Assembly (NCBI GenBank): GCA_016712045.1
Contig: JADJRV010000020.1
Span: 866-64,865, forward strand
DNA from: Chloracidobacterium sp.
GTDB lineage: Bacteria > Acidobacteriota > Blastocatellia > Pyrinomonadales > Pyrinomonadaceae
DNA: 64,000 nt
Direction: 5' to 3'
Of this stretch, positions 28,221-40,309 are shown one piece after another; the stretch's first letter is position 1; every line of letters starts with the position of its first letter. Below the pieces are notes generated by a model, which had not been told where the DNA came from, did no database searches, and saw only the letters and a list, made by a program, of their open reading frames with translations. The translations under genes were made by a program, and so were the position numbers.

Positions 28221-28725
28221 TCACACACCCAAAACACGTCGGGCACGGCTGCGAAATCCGGCCGTTGCGACCTGAGGATACTTTGTTGCGATCAAGCCGC
28301 AGCTCGTCGAGTAGCTCGGGCGAATCTTTGGCCGACTTTGCCGCGACGGACAACGAAAAACACCGAACCGCAACCGCCTCCGACGGATCAGCCAGAAGCT
28401 CTAGCAGGCGTCAAACACTACGGCCCCATATCGCTTAGGAATATCAACAAACTGCAGCAACCGGACAACATTTCGCCGAACAGCAACATGTACGTCGTCA
28501 CGCTCAAGCTGCTTTAAAAGCTTCGCAAAATAGGGCTTGACCAGCTCAGGATATTTCTCAACGCAGTTGCTCAGCGGCCATCCGGCTCGTTGCGTGATCC
28601 GGTAAACATCGCCAAGGAACAATCGCATCAACTCAGCAAACCTTTCAGGATCGTCACCAACCCAATCCACGATCTTTGCCGTTTGCTGTTTGGAATGCTC
28701 GGCAAGGATTTCATCGCGAGGTTCA

Positions 28726-28726
<1 letters not shown>
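28221..28726 (-). pseudogene. DNA alkylation repair (AlkD-like HEAT-repeat) protein, frame-broken
   Basis: Its ATG overlaps the eno stop (TAATG). The sequence ...IVDWVGDDPERFAELMRLFLGDVYRITQRAGWPLSN...VAVRRNVVRLLQ resembles the family. Assignment rests on pattern recognition only. Confidence 0.5.
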
Positions 28727-29930
<1,204 letters not shown>

Positions 29931-30023
29931 TCACTCTATTTTGTAAAACTGTAAATTGTATCCAAACTAGCAACAAAAACGCTGCTCTTGCTCTGCGTCA
30001 TCACGCCGCTGGCATAGCCGGTA

Positions 30024-30961
30024 TCAGAGCTTTGTGACCTCGCCGCCATTCTTTGAAACTCGGCACAGCACATCGGCGGACAAACCGTCTTCGTCAAAAA
30101 AGTAGATATTCTGCTCGTCAATAACGAACTGTTTTAACGAGAATGTCTTTGCGATCGTTTGCGGCTCGCCGCCGGCCTTTGATATTTTTCGCAGCGCCCA
30201 ACGCGATTCGCCCGCACCGCGAAATCCAAAATATAGATCGCTGCCGTCTTGCTCTAGTTTATCAATGCCCTCTCTGTCGCTCGCCTGCAAAACAACCTGC
30301 GGCGTGCCGCCGGTTTTTGGTTGTTTCATTATGCTCGACGGCGTAGTCCAATAGACAAACTTATCATCAACGACAATGTTTCCGGGTGCCATTTGCTTAT
30401 CCGCAAATATCTCAGCCTTTCCTCCGGCCTTTGCCACCGAATAGATCGGGCTAGGCGTGATCGGCGTTCCCGATGAATAGTAACCGTGATTTGCCCAATA
30501 TACCCGCTCACTATCAAGCACCATATCGATCCCAATGCCGACAAATTCCGTAGCGACCGCCTCACGCTTGCCGTTATCTTTTCCAATACGGGCGATCTCG
30601 CCGCCGGAATTCCAGTAAACGTATTTTTCGTCCTGAGCAATGCCGCCCTGTTCCGCTTGAGGGTACTTTTCGCCGTTGTCGAGCATCGTAACGGCTCCGC
30701 CATCAAGCGGCACTTTTCTAAGGCCATTGGTTCCCGCATTTGCGTCAGCGACAGTACCGCCAATAGTGGTGTAGGCAAATTTATCGTCAACGACAACGCC
30801 CGAGACGTGTGACAAACCTTGTTCCTTACCCGCGATCTTTTTGCCTTGGTCCATTCGGGCTTTGGCCCGCTTTGCAGTACCGCCGCAGCCAAGAGCCATC
30901 AAGAAAAGTATCGCTCCCGTCAGCAACAGGCCCTGTTGAACTGTTTTTGAAGATTCATCAT
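30024..30961 (-). CDS. beta-propeller-like repeat lipoprotein (YWTD-like DDKFVYW repeats); signal peptide one frame off
   Basis: Repeats VVDDKFAYT, QDEKYVYWN, DSERVYWAN, VDDKFVYWT and IDEQNIYFF. ATGATG at 30961 (GAGGG upstream) joins the main ORF (30024-30926) if one C is added at 30929-30930, giving MMNLQKQFNRALLLTGAILFLMALGC. Confidence 0.65.
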
Positions 30962-30974
30962 ATTACCCTCTGCT

Positions 30975-32361
30975 TTACGAAACGCCCTTTTCCGACGTGA
31001 TCTGCTTTATCCGATGCTTATCAACCTTTTCGACCTTGAAAACATGGCCATTGAACGGCACGGTTTGCCCTTCTTCGAGGATCTGCCCTGCCTCTGCCAT
31101 CAAAAAGCCGGCGATCGTCGTATAACCTTCTGAAATAGGCAGCGTCATTTCAAGACGGCGGTTTAGGTCGCGCACCGCGAGCCCGCCATCGAGCAGGTAG
31201 CTGCCGTCGGGCTGTTTGCCGATCTGTTCATCAACCTCAATGTCATGTTCGTCAGAGATGTCGCCGACGATCTCTTCGAGTAGATCTTCGAGCGTGATGA
31301 TGCCCTCGATGCCGCCGTGCTCGTCGACGACAAAGCCAAAATTCGTTTCTGCATCTGCCTGAGCACGTCCTCGAGGTCTGGCCGTATCAACGACATAATT
31401 GGGCTTATGGATGACATCGACGATCTTAAAGCTTTTTTGCTTTTTTGTGTACGCAACCAGATCTTTGGTATGAACAAACCCCGCGATATCATCGAGCGAA
31501 CCGCGATACACCGGCAAACGCGAATAACCATGCTTCTGAAACGCCTCGACGATCTCGTCAAAACTACAGCTTTCCGGCACAGCGACGATCTCTGTTCGCG
31601 GTATCATCGCTTCTTTTACAGTCGTTTCCGAAAATTCAAACACCCGGTTGATCAGGCGTTGTTCTTCTTCGTTTAAATGGCCGCTTTCCTGTGACAGCTT
31701 AATTAGCCCCCGGATCTCATCTTCGCTATAGCTCGAACCATGCTCACCGGATGCATGCAACCCAAAAAGCCGAACCGTTCGGTTTCCCGTCCAATCAAGC
31801 ATTCGGATCGGATAGCTGAAAACCTTATAAAACAACCGTAGCGGCGCCGCAACTAGAAAGGAAACGCGTTCTGACAATTCGAGTGCGGCGGTTTTTGGCG
31901 CCAATTCGCCAAAGACGATATGCAAAAAGGTGATAAGTGAAAAAGCTATCGCAAATGAGATCGTGTGTAGGATCGGCCCCGACGATAAAAATGCTACACC
32001 CGTCACGTCTCCCAAATACGAGAGCCACGGCTCTATCAAGGCGGCAACAACAGGTTCACCGACCCAACCAAGCCCAAGCGATGACAACGTGATCCCAAGT
32101 TGGGTCGCCGAGATATAGCCGCTGAGATTGTTGAGCATCAGCAGCAACCGTTTTGCTGCCGCGTCGCCCTCGGCCGCGAGCGCCTCGATACGCGACTTGC
32201 GCACTGCAACAAGGGCAAATTCGCTTGCGACAAAAAACCATTGGCGAGCACAAGAAAAAAAACCAATAAAATTTTGGCAAGCGTAAACAGTAGAGTTGGC
32301 ACTTCGGGTGCGGTCTCGATATCGGCGGCAAAAGTAGAAGCAAACTGGCAGGATCGTCCAT
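30975..32361 (-). pseudogene. CNNM/TlyC-type hemolysin-family protein (DUF21 + CBS pair + CorC_HlyC), two frame breaks in the N-terminal membrane domain
   Basis: ASEFALVAVRKSRIEALAAEGD, then the CBS and CorC regions in the 409-aa ORF. The N-terminus MDDPASLLLLL... and ...TLLFTLAKILLVFFLVLANGF lie in other frames. Confidence 0.8.
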
Positions 32362-32501
32362 TACGGATTCGAAAAATTGGGCTATCGGGCAATTTATGAT
32401 GGCCCTCGATCGATCTCCTTAAAAGCATTTTTGCCCCGAACTGAGGCGGGCGAATGTTGAAAATTATAGCATATAACCATTTGATGGAAACGCGTGTCAA
32501 A

Positions 32502-33081
32502 TCAACTGATCCGAAGGGCGTCCAGCATTTCTTCTATCAGCATCCGGCAAGAGCCGCAACCGCCCCCTGCATTGCATATCGCGGCCACCTCATCCGTAGT
32601 TTTCAACGACCTTTCGCTGATATGCGCGGCGATCGTTTCTTCTAAAACCCCAAAACAAGTGCAAACGAGAGCCTTTTCTCCCGCAAATTCCTCTATCTGT
32701 GTCGCGCGAAGATCCGCAAATGTCGCACGCAATGCCTCGATACAAACATCCGCGCATTGTCGGCGTTCGGTTGGAAAAGGTTCGAGTGCGTTCTCTACCA
32801 CACCAAACACCTCGTCGTGATCAAGGCTGTGGAGATCGCTCAGCCGAGTGCCCGTTATTGTTCCCGCCAAAACGTCTGCGGCGGCGATCATATAGCCGCA
32901 GCCATTACTGTTAAAGGCTGCCCTCGATCGTTTTGCCGTCCTCGCCCAACTTTACCGAAAATCCAACCGAACATCCGCACATAAAACTCGCCGACCGTCC
33001 GCACGCACTGGCGATTTCGATCGCTCCGGCATTTTGCGGCTGATTCAGCCTTTCTTGGATCGCTGCGGGATAAAATGACAT
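32502..33081 (-). pseudogene. NifU/IscU-like Fe-S scaffold N-domain fused to a BFD-like [2Fe-2S] domain, one frame break near 32900
   Basis: MSFYPAAIQERLNQPQNAGAI...SFMCGCSV..., then FNSNGCGYMIAAADV..., and a C-terminal CTCFGV...ICNAGGGCGSC. Confidence 0.6.
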
Positions 33082-33084
33082 TAA

Positions 33085-33241
33085 GGTAAAAGTAAAAAGT
33101 AAAAGGGTAAAAGTAAAGGCCGAGGACGTCGAGGCAAAAGTAAAAAGGTAAACGGTAAAACAGATCTCGATAGAAGTTGTGTAAAATAGGATTGTGAAAC
33201 TGTTTTATTTTTGCCTTTTTACTTTTACCTTTTTGCTTACC
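33085..33241. repeat. GTAAAAG-word arrays (two A-rich blocks) with a complementary CTTTTAC-word arm
   Basis: Blocks at 33085-33119 and 33133-33160. The complementary arm 33213-33241 (GCCTTTTTACTTTTACCTTTTTGCTTACC) is the signal-peptide coding region of the TlpA-like gene. A 15/16-bp pairing is possible with either block. Confidence 0.75.
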
Positions 33242-33764
33242 AGCGGCTGCCGTCCGGCGGCTGCCCCGGTAACGGTTTCAAACAGGCCCGTCTCGATCAA
33301 CGACCGTCCGACGACAAACGTCCCGATGCCGCCGTCAAAGCCGATGTGAGATGAGCTGGACTACGGCAGACGATAAAGTGCAGAAACTAGGTGATCTCAA
33401 AGGCAAGGCGGTTATCCTTGATTTTTGGGCGACGTACTGCCCCCCATGTATCGTAGAGATCCCGCACCTCAATTCGCTGCTCGCAAAACACGGAGCTGAA
33501 AATTTGGTGATCGTCGGCCTAAACGTCGGCGGTGCTGAAGACCTGCCGAAGATACCGGCCTTTGCCGCAAAAACCAAGCTCGATTACCCCATTGCATTTC
33601 CCGAAAATGAACTGAGCCGTTTTATATTTTCCGACCGCGATGACATACCGCAAACGCTGATAATTGGCCGCAACGGCAAGATAATAAAGAAGATCATCGG
33701 ATTTAACGATGCAATACGGGTCGAGCTGGACGCCGCAGTCGAAGAGGCATTAAAAGCGAACTAA
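33194..33764 (+). pseudogene. TlpA/ResA-like thiol:disulfide oxidoreductase lipoprotein, frame break at about 33347
   Basis: GTG 33194 gives VKLFYFCLFTFTFLLTSGC (lipobox), with the frame stopping at 33347-33349. The thioredoxin domain with FWATYCPPC continues from 33351. Confidence 0.75.
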
Positions 33765-33775
33765 GCCGCTATTGT

Positions 33776-35721
33776 ATGAGAGACATACCTGTCGGCAACG
33801 GCAACTTGCTTGTAAATTTTGACGATAAATATCAGATCCGCGACATCTATTTTCCGCACGTCGGCCAGGAAAACCATACCGAAGGGTTCCCGTTTCGTTT
33901 TGGCGTTTGGATAGATGGAGTATTTTCGTGGATCTTCGAAGATGAGTGGGAACGCGATCTGCATTATCTGCCCGGTACACTCGTAACAAACGTCACATTA
34001 ACCAGCGAAAAACTAGCTATTAAGATCGTATGCAGCGACACCGTTGCGGGCCGCGAGAACATCTATCTCCGCCGGATAAACGTGCGCGACCTGAGCGGCA
34101 AATCGCGTGAAGTGCGTATCTTTTTACACCAAGACTTTCGAATCTATGAAAACAAGGTTGGCGACACCGCATTTTTCGACCCTGATAACGGAGCGATAAT
34201 TCACTACAAAAAGCACCGTTACTTTCTTATCAATACCCAGCCCGCGTTCGATTCGTTTGCCACCGGGCGAAAGGCATTTCGCAATAACGAGGGCACATGG
34301 CGTGACGCCGAGGACGGCGAACTGGCGAACGGGCCGATAACTGAGGGCTCGGTCGATTCGACGATCGGTGTTTATTTCAAACTCGATGCCAACGCTTCGC
34401 ACGAATCCTACTATTGGATAGCCGCCGGAGCATCGCACGCCGAGGTTGACAAGCTAAACAGTCACGCACTTGAACGCGGGCCGGAAAAGTATTTTGGCGA
34501 AACCGAGCGGTACTGGCGAGAGTGGGTTAACAAAAATGATACTGATTTCGGCGATCTGCCTGACGACCTTATCCGGTTCTATAAACGCAGCCTATTGATG
34601 ATCCGAACGCAGATCGATCACGGCGGTGCGATCATTGCCGCAAATGATTCTGACGTGTCGGAGCGAGCTACCGACAATTATAGCTACTCATGGATGCGTG
34701 ATGGATCGTTTGTAGCAAATGCTCTCGACTGTGCCGGTTATCCTGAGATCAGCCGCAAATATTTCGACTTTTTGCGAGCGGTGCATGCACCCAAACGGTT
34801 ACTTTTTCCAAAAATACAATCCGGACGGTACGCTCGGGTCGAGTTGGCACCCTCGTTGGGATAATTACCGTAAGGTGCCTATGGTGCCGATACAAGAGGA
34901 CGAAACGGCACTCGTTTTGTGGGCATTATGGCGTCATTTTGAAAAAGGTCGAGATGTTGAATTCGTCAGGAAATTGTACGGATCAATGATCGTACCATGT
35001 GCCAATTTTCTCGAGCAGTTTCGAGATGCAGAGACTAAACTCCCGAAACCGAGCTGGAATCTGTGGGAAGATCGGCTCGGCGTTCATACTTTTACATGTG
35101 CGACGGTCGTCGCCGGACTGCGGGCGGCGGCGAACTTTGCTGGTCTTTTTAACGACGCTTACGAAGCTGCGAAATATTCCAAAGCCGCTGACGAGATCGT
35201 CGAAGCGATGAGAACGCATCTCTACAGCGCTGAGCATGGACGGTTTTTGCGTTCGCTCCAGACAAATGGCGGTGATTCCCTGACGCCGGACGCGACGGTC
35301 GATGCATCGCTGTTCGCCGTGTTTTATTTTGATTGCTTTGCGTCGGACGACCCCATGGTCACCGGCACGATGCAGGCGATCAACGATAATTTGCTCGTCA
35401 CGACAGAATTTGGCGGCGTAGCACGGTTTGAGAACGACGGATATATGCGGGTCTCGGAAGACGTCACCGGCAATCCGTGGTTTATCTGCACACTTTGGCT
35501 TGGCCGAATACTATATCGCCATCGCCAAAACCACTGACGATCTTAAACCTGCCCTCGACATACTTGAATGGACAGCAAAACGTGCTTTGCCATCGGGCGT
35601 GCTGGCGGAGCAGATCGATCCTCTGACCGGCGAACCTGTTTCAGTCTCGCCGTTGACATGGTCGCACTCGACATTTGTCGCCACTGTTAACAGTTACTTA
35701 ACGAAATTGAAAGGGCTTTGA
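33776..35721 (+). pseudogene. glycoside hydrolase family 15 (glucoamylase-like), two frame breaks
   Basis: GNGNLLVNFDDKYQIRDIYFPHVGQENH..., WMRDGSFVANAL..., PSWNLWEDRLGVHTFT..., and WFICTLWL followed by LAEYY, over three overlapping ORFs. Confidence 0.8.
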
Positions 35722-35727
35722 AATTTT

Positions 35728-35868
35728 ACGCAAAGTCGTAAAGCAAGAATTTCAACCACAGATAAACACAGATTCACACAGATGTCGTTTTAGAAATATT
35801 TCTTTTCCTATCGGTGTTTATCTGTGTATATCTGTGGCTAATTTCCTTTCCTTTTCACGACTTTGCGT
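35728..35868. repeat. nested long hairpin (12-bp outer stem, about 26-bp inner stem of CACAGAT words)
   Basis: ACGCAAAGTCGT (35728-35739) pairs with ACGACTTTGCGT (35857-35868). The inner arm CCACAGATAAACACAGATTCACACAGATG pairs with CGGTGTTTATCTGTGTATATCTGTGG. Confidence 0.8.
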
Positions 35869-35882
35869 TAGAATCTTAATTT

Positions 35883-37331
35883 ATGCGAAAAGCAAAGATC
35901 CTTGCCACACTCGGCCCCGCGTCAAACACCAGATCGGTCATTGACGAAATGCTGGCCGCCGGCCTCAATGCGGTGCGCATCAACATGTCGCACGGCACTC
36001 AGGAAGAGCATACTGCGAGCATCAAGATCGCCCGCGAGGCTGCTGCTGCTTTAGACCGCCCGATCTCAATACTCGTCGATTTGTCGGGCCCAAAGATCCG
36101 TACGCGTGGGTTAAAGGACGGAATTCCGGTTGTTTTGAAAGCCGGGCAGCAGTTCGTAATGACGAACCGCGAGGTTGTTGGTGACGATAAAGAAGTGTCG
36201 ACCAACTATGCCGACCTGCCATCCGTGGTCTCGGCCGGAGCAAGGATATTAGTTGACGACGGTGCTATCGAGCTGGTCGTCGAGACCGAGACCCCGACGG
36301 ACATTATTTGCCGCGTCGTCATCGGCGGCATACTTGGGGAACGCAAGGGTATCAATCTGCCCAACACCTCGCTCCCGATACCGTCGCTAACCGAAAAAGA
36401 CCACGCCGACCTCATCTGGGCGATGGAGCAGAATGTCGATTATATTGCTTTATCATTTGTCAGAACCGCCGCCGATTGCAAAGAGGTCAAGGACCTCATC
36501 AAAAAACTCAACAAACGAAAGCTCGGCCGTGCCTTGCTGGTCGCCAAGATCGAAAAAGCCGAGGCGATCGAAAATCTGATCGATATCCTCGCCGAGACAG
36601 ACGGCGTCATGGTAGCTCGAGGCGACCTAGGCGTCGAAACGAGCGTCGAGCTTGTGCCTGTCTATCAAAAACGGATCATCGAGCTGGCGGTTGCTAAGGA
36701 TAGATTTGTCATCACAGCGACGCAGATGCTGCAATCGATGATCGTAAATCCATTCCCGACCCGTGCCGAGGCTTCGGACGTGGCGAATGCCGTATGGGAC
36801 GGCACGGACGCGGTGATGCTATCCGCAGAGACCGCGAGCGGTAAATACCCCGTTGAGGCTATTAAGACGATGGGACGAATTATCGACTCGGCTGAGACGA
36901 TCAAAGCGGACCAGTTAAAAAAACCGGCCAAATTTTCACAGCCGCCTTCGCGGCGAACGAGCCAGGCACTATGTATAGCCGCCGCTTACGCGGCAAAAGA
37001 AATGCAGACGGAAAAGGTCGCCGTTTTTACCGAGTCAGGCCTGATGGCAAGACGTCTGTCTACTGTGCGTTCGGGCTTGCAGACTTTTGCACTCACGACT
37101 TCGTTTGATGCTTATAATCAGCTTGCTTTGATCTGGGGAGTTCACCCGTTTGTCCACGACCCGCGTAATTCGACACGCGAAATGTTAAAGATCGGCGAGA
37201 AAACGCTGATAGACGCGGGGTCTGTCATTGCCGGAGAAACATTGATAATGATGGCGGGACGCCTGTCGGGATTGGGATTGTCGAGCTCGGTAATTGTCTG
37301 GTCGATCGGAGAGAAAGTGCCTCGACGCTAA
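35883..37331 (+). CDS. pyk: pyruvate kinase
   Basis: 482 aa, with TKILATLGPAS-like N-terminus, MSHGT, the MVARGDLGVE motif and the C-terminal regulatory domain. Confidence 0.95.
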   Translation: MRKAKILATLGPASNTRSVIDEMLAAGLNAVRINMSHGTQEEHTASIKIAREAAAALDRPISILVDLSGPKIRTRGLKDGIPVVLKAGQQFVMTNREVVGDDKEVSTNYADLPSVVSAGARILVDDGAIELVVETETPTDIICRVVIGGILGERKGINLPNTSLPIPSLTEKDHADLIWAMEQNVDYIALSFVRTAADCKEVKDLIKKLNKRKLGRALLVAKIEKAEAIENLIDILAETDGVMVARGDLGVETSVELVPVYQKRIIELAVAKDRFVITATQMLQSMIVNPFPTRAEASDVANAVWDGTDAVMLSAETASGKYPVEAIKTMGRIIDSAETIKADQLKKPAKFSQPPSRRTSQALCIAAAYAAKEMQTEKVAVFTESGLMARRLSTVRSGLQTFALTTSFDAYNQLALIWGVHPFVHDPRNSTREMLKIGEKTLIDAGSVIAGETLIMMAGRLSGLGLSSSVIVWSIGEKVPRR

Positions 37332-38017
37332 ACGACGGTTCCAAATAGTTTGCCAACGAGTGCGGTAGCTCCCATCGCCATCGCTCCCCAAAACAGGACA
37401 CGAAGCGAACCAGTGAGAATGCTTGCCCCACCGGCACGAGCCGCAACACCGCCTAATAAAGCGAGAAAAATTAAAGAACTAATGGCAACAACCGGTATCA
37501 TCATCGATCCGGCCAACAGAGCAGTCACCAGCAGCGGCAGCGATGCACCGACCGCAAAACTAACTGCGGAAAAGACCGCCGCCTGGACGGGACGGGCACT
37601 CATAACTGATGAAATGCCTAGCTCATCGCGGGCATGAGAACCAAGAGCATCATGAGCAGTGAGTTGCTTCGCAACCTCGCTAGCGAGGTCCTCATCCAGC
37701 CCGCGATCTACGTAGATACCTCTTAATTCCTCAAGCTCATGCTCAGGACTTAAGGCCAACTCTTTCCTTTCGCGTTCGAGATCCGCTTTCTCAGTATCGG
37801 CCTGCGAGTGAACCGAAACATATTCCCCCGCCGCCATCGACATTGCTCCAGCCACCAGGCCGGCGACGCCCGCGACGAGTATCTCACTATGTTCAGCCTT
37901 TGCCGCGGCAACACCAATTATGAGGCTCGCCGTCGAAACAATTCCGTCATTTGCTCCGAGAACGGCAGCTCTAAGCCAGCCGACCCGATCTGTCCGATGA
38001 TGTTCCCGATGGCTCAT
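37328..38017 (-). CDS. VIT1/CCC1 family iron/manganese transporter
   Basis: GWLRAAVLGANDGIVSTASLIIGVAAA signature, an acidic middle helix region and C-terminal TM helices. Confidence 0.9.
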   Translation of the reverse strand: MSHREHHRTDRVGWLRAAVLGANDGIVSTASLIIGVAAAKAEHSEILVAGVAGLVAGAMSMAAGEYVSVHSQADTEKADLERERKELALSPEHELEELRGIYVDRGLDEDLASEVAKQLTAHDALGSHARDELGISSVMSARPVQAAVFSAVSFAVGASLPLLVTALLAGSMMIPVVAISSLIFLALLGGVAARAGGASILTGSLRVLFWGAMAMGATALVGKLFGTVV

Positions 38018-38406
38018 ATTTTTTGTGTCATTTCCGCCATTTTTTGACGGATCGTGTCGATGGCTCTGAGCGGCCGGATCATAACCTTAAATTCGATTAT
38101 TTTTCCGTCGGCGTTCCATTTGATCAGGTCAACGCCGTTTATCATGATACCGTCGATCTCCGAAACAAATTCGAGAACTGCATCCTCCGGCCCGACCACT
38201 TCGCGGACATAGCGGAACGTGCCGTTTAGCAAAAGCCCCGCAGCCGCCGACAGATACATTATGGTCAGAGCCTTTCCGACTTGTGGTGTGTGGATAACGG
38301 GCGAGTGGAAAATGACATCGTCGGCGAGAATGTTGGACAAACCGGACATGTCACGCTGTTCGACGATCTGGTGCCAAGCCGTAATTGGGTTATTCGAAGT
38401 ATCCAT
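38014..38406 (-). CDS. NTF2-like (SnoaL-type) small protein
   Basis: 130 aa with the typical pattern W...V...D...L..LLADDV.FHSPV.... Its start overlaps the radical SAM stop (TAATG), and its stop overlaps the VIT start (ATGA). Confidence 0.65.
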   Translation of the reverse strand: MDTSNNPITAWHQIVEQRDMSGLSNILADDVIFHSPVIHTPQVGKALTIMYLSAAAGLLLNGTFRYVREVVGPEDAVLEFVSEIDGIMINGVDLIKWNADGKIIEFKVMIRPLRAIDTIRQKMAEMTQKI

Positions 38407-39428
38407 TATTCCGAACTCAACACTTGCGCAACGGTCTCTTTTTTCAGTCCGCCGTTTTTCTTGATGTATTCGGCAGGCGATATCTGAGGATCACGCCATG
38501 CGTCGAGGAGAGCAGTTTGGTGGACGCACTGAATGGTGCAGGTCGGAGCACACCATTTTTCGGTGTGATACTCACGATCGAGGTCGCTATGCGTGTATTC
38601 GAGCAGAGGGATGCCCGGCGTGCCGCGTTGTTGCGAACACCAACTAACAATACCGCCTTCGTCAATGTACAAATACCGTGAACCGGCACGGCATTTCCAT
38701 ACGTGTTCTTTGCCCTCGACCAGATCGTCCTGAAACCAATTCCAGCGGGCATAGCTGCGGGCACCTTTGCTCTTGATCTCTTTGTACACCTCTTGCTCAC
38801 GCTCGGTCAGGCCTTTGTTGAGGCCGTCGCCGTCGTGGATAACACCAACGGTCGAAGAGAAGCCAAGCTCGATCGCACGATTAGCGATGACCAAGGCCTC
38901 ATCGGGATTGGCGACACCGCCACCGACGACAGAGTTGATGTTGACCTTAAATTTAGCGTGGTCGCGAAGATTAACGAGCTTGGCATCGAGCACCTTGAGG
39001 CTCTTTTTCGATACGTCGTCAGGCGTGACGTTGTCGATCGATATTTGCAGGTAATCGAGCCCAGCTTCGTTTAGCTTAAGGACCTTTTCCGGCTGGAAAT
39101 AATAGCCGTTCGAGATCAAACCCGCGATCATACCGTGATGGCGGATACGAGCGATGATCTCAAATATCTCAGGATGCATCATCGGTTCGCCGCCCGAAAT
39201 GGTGACGACCGACGTGCCAAATTCGGCAAGCTTATCGATACGCTCAAGCATCACGTCGATCGGCACCGGATCGCTCGTTTTGTCGTATTCGTTGCAGTAG
39301 GTACACGCCAGATTACACCGCCGCATCGGCACGATGTGCACGAGAACCGGATGCTTGGTCGAGGCAAACGCCTTGATGGTGTGCTTAACACCGCGTGTAA
39401 ATCTGCTAAAACTGCTTGCCTTTGGCAT
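38406..39428 (-). CDS. radical SAM protein with a Cys-rich C-terminal extension
   Basis: CNLACTYC (CxxxCxxC), [10 protein letters not shown] (SAM-binding GGE), and C-terminal Cys residues including [10 protein letters not shown]. Confidence 0.9.
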   Translation of the reverse strand: MPKASSFSRFTRGVKHTIKAFASTKHPVLVHIVPMRRCNLACTYCNEYDKTSDPVPIDVMLERIDKLAEFGTSVVTISGGEPMMHPEIFEIIARIRHHGMIAGLISNGYYFQPEKVLKLNEAGLDYLQISIDNVTPDDVSKKSLKVLDAKLVNLRDHAKFKVNINSVVGGGVANPDEALVIANRAIELGFSSTVGVIHDGDGLNKGLTEREQEVYKEIKSKGARSYARWNWFQDDLVEGKEHVWKCRAGSRYLYIDEGGIVSWCSQQRGTPGIPLLEYTHSDLDREYHTEKWCAPTCTIQCVHQTALLDAWRDPQISPAEYIKKNGGLKKETVAQVLSSE

Positions 39429-39523
39429 AAGAGAATATTATATCGTGTCAGAACCCCGAGCGGTAGTCGCTGATTCTTTACAACGATTTCAGAACCCGGT
39501 CGCTATCGCTTCCGGTTCTGACC

Positions 39524-39555
39524 AAAAAGCCCCGGCTGGAAGATCAGCCGGGGCA
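39524..39555 (-). terminator. rho-independent terminator after the LolA-like gene
   Basis: Minus sense: GCCCCGGCTG-atcttc-CAGCCGGGGC followed by TTTTT. Confidence 0.65.
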
Positions 39556-39577
39556 TTTCCAATTGATAGAGCGTAAC

Positions 39578-40264
39578 TTACGCCTTTATTTTTTTGACTG
39601 AACTCGGATAGCTGAGAGAAAAGACCTTTGTGTCGATCTTTGTATTTTTTTCCAGCCCCGACAACAGAACGGTCGTCGTATCATTATTCTGTTCGGTAAT
39701 TTTCGCCTGCAGAGGCATCCCGTTGCCATCGACCCAAAGTTCCGCAAGTTTGTAACTCGTCTGCGTCTTTGGCGTTAGCTGCAAATGCCATGTTTTTGTC
39801 CCACCCGAAATACCCTCTTCGCCAATGTAAATTACATCGTAATTGGCTTTCAGCTGATCCTTCGACATATTCATAAAAGCCAAGGCTCCGCCAACGGCGG
39901 GGGACCCCTTTGACTGCTCAACCTTTCCGTAAATGACCTGTCCTAGACGCGGACGGTACAACTCGTAACTGTCGCCGATGACAGCCATCTGTTCTTGAAC
40001 AGGCTGTGTCCAATCTATCCTTACATACATCTTGCCTTTGCCGGCGATCTTTGTGATGTATTGAGTCGTGCCGACATTTGTGTCCGAGACATTAAGCTGT
40101 ACATTCGTTTTGACCATCGTCACTTTTGCTTTCAACGTCTGTAGCGACTTATTATGGTCGTCCATTCGCTTTAGGATGGTGCCGAGCGGGCCTTGAGCGT
40201 TGGAGCTCGATGCGAACAGGCCAACACACATTACAAATAAACTTAAAATTAAGAATTTACGCAT
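39578..40264 (-). CDS. LolA-like outer-membrane lipoprotein carrier family protein
   Basis: Signal peptide, followed by the pattern typical of LolA-family proteins (...L..M......SL..L.A......). 228 aa. Confidence 0.75.
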   Translation of the reverse strand: MRKFLILSLFVMCVGLFASSSNAQGPLGTILKRMDDHNKSLQTLKAKVTMVKTNVQLNVSDTNVGTTQYITKIAGKGKMYVRIDWTQPVQEQMAVIGDSYELYRPRLGQVIYGKVEQSKGSPAVGGALAFMNMSKDQLKANYDVIYIGEEGISGGTKTWHLQLTPKTQTSYKLAELWVDGNGMPLQAKITEQNNDTTTVLLSGLEKNTKIDTKVFSLSYPSSVKKIKA

Positions 40265-40309
40265 AAAAACATTAACTCCAACCGGGAAAACAATAAATTT
40301 TCTATGAAT

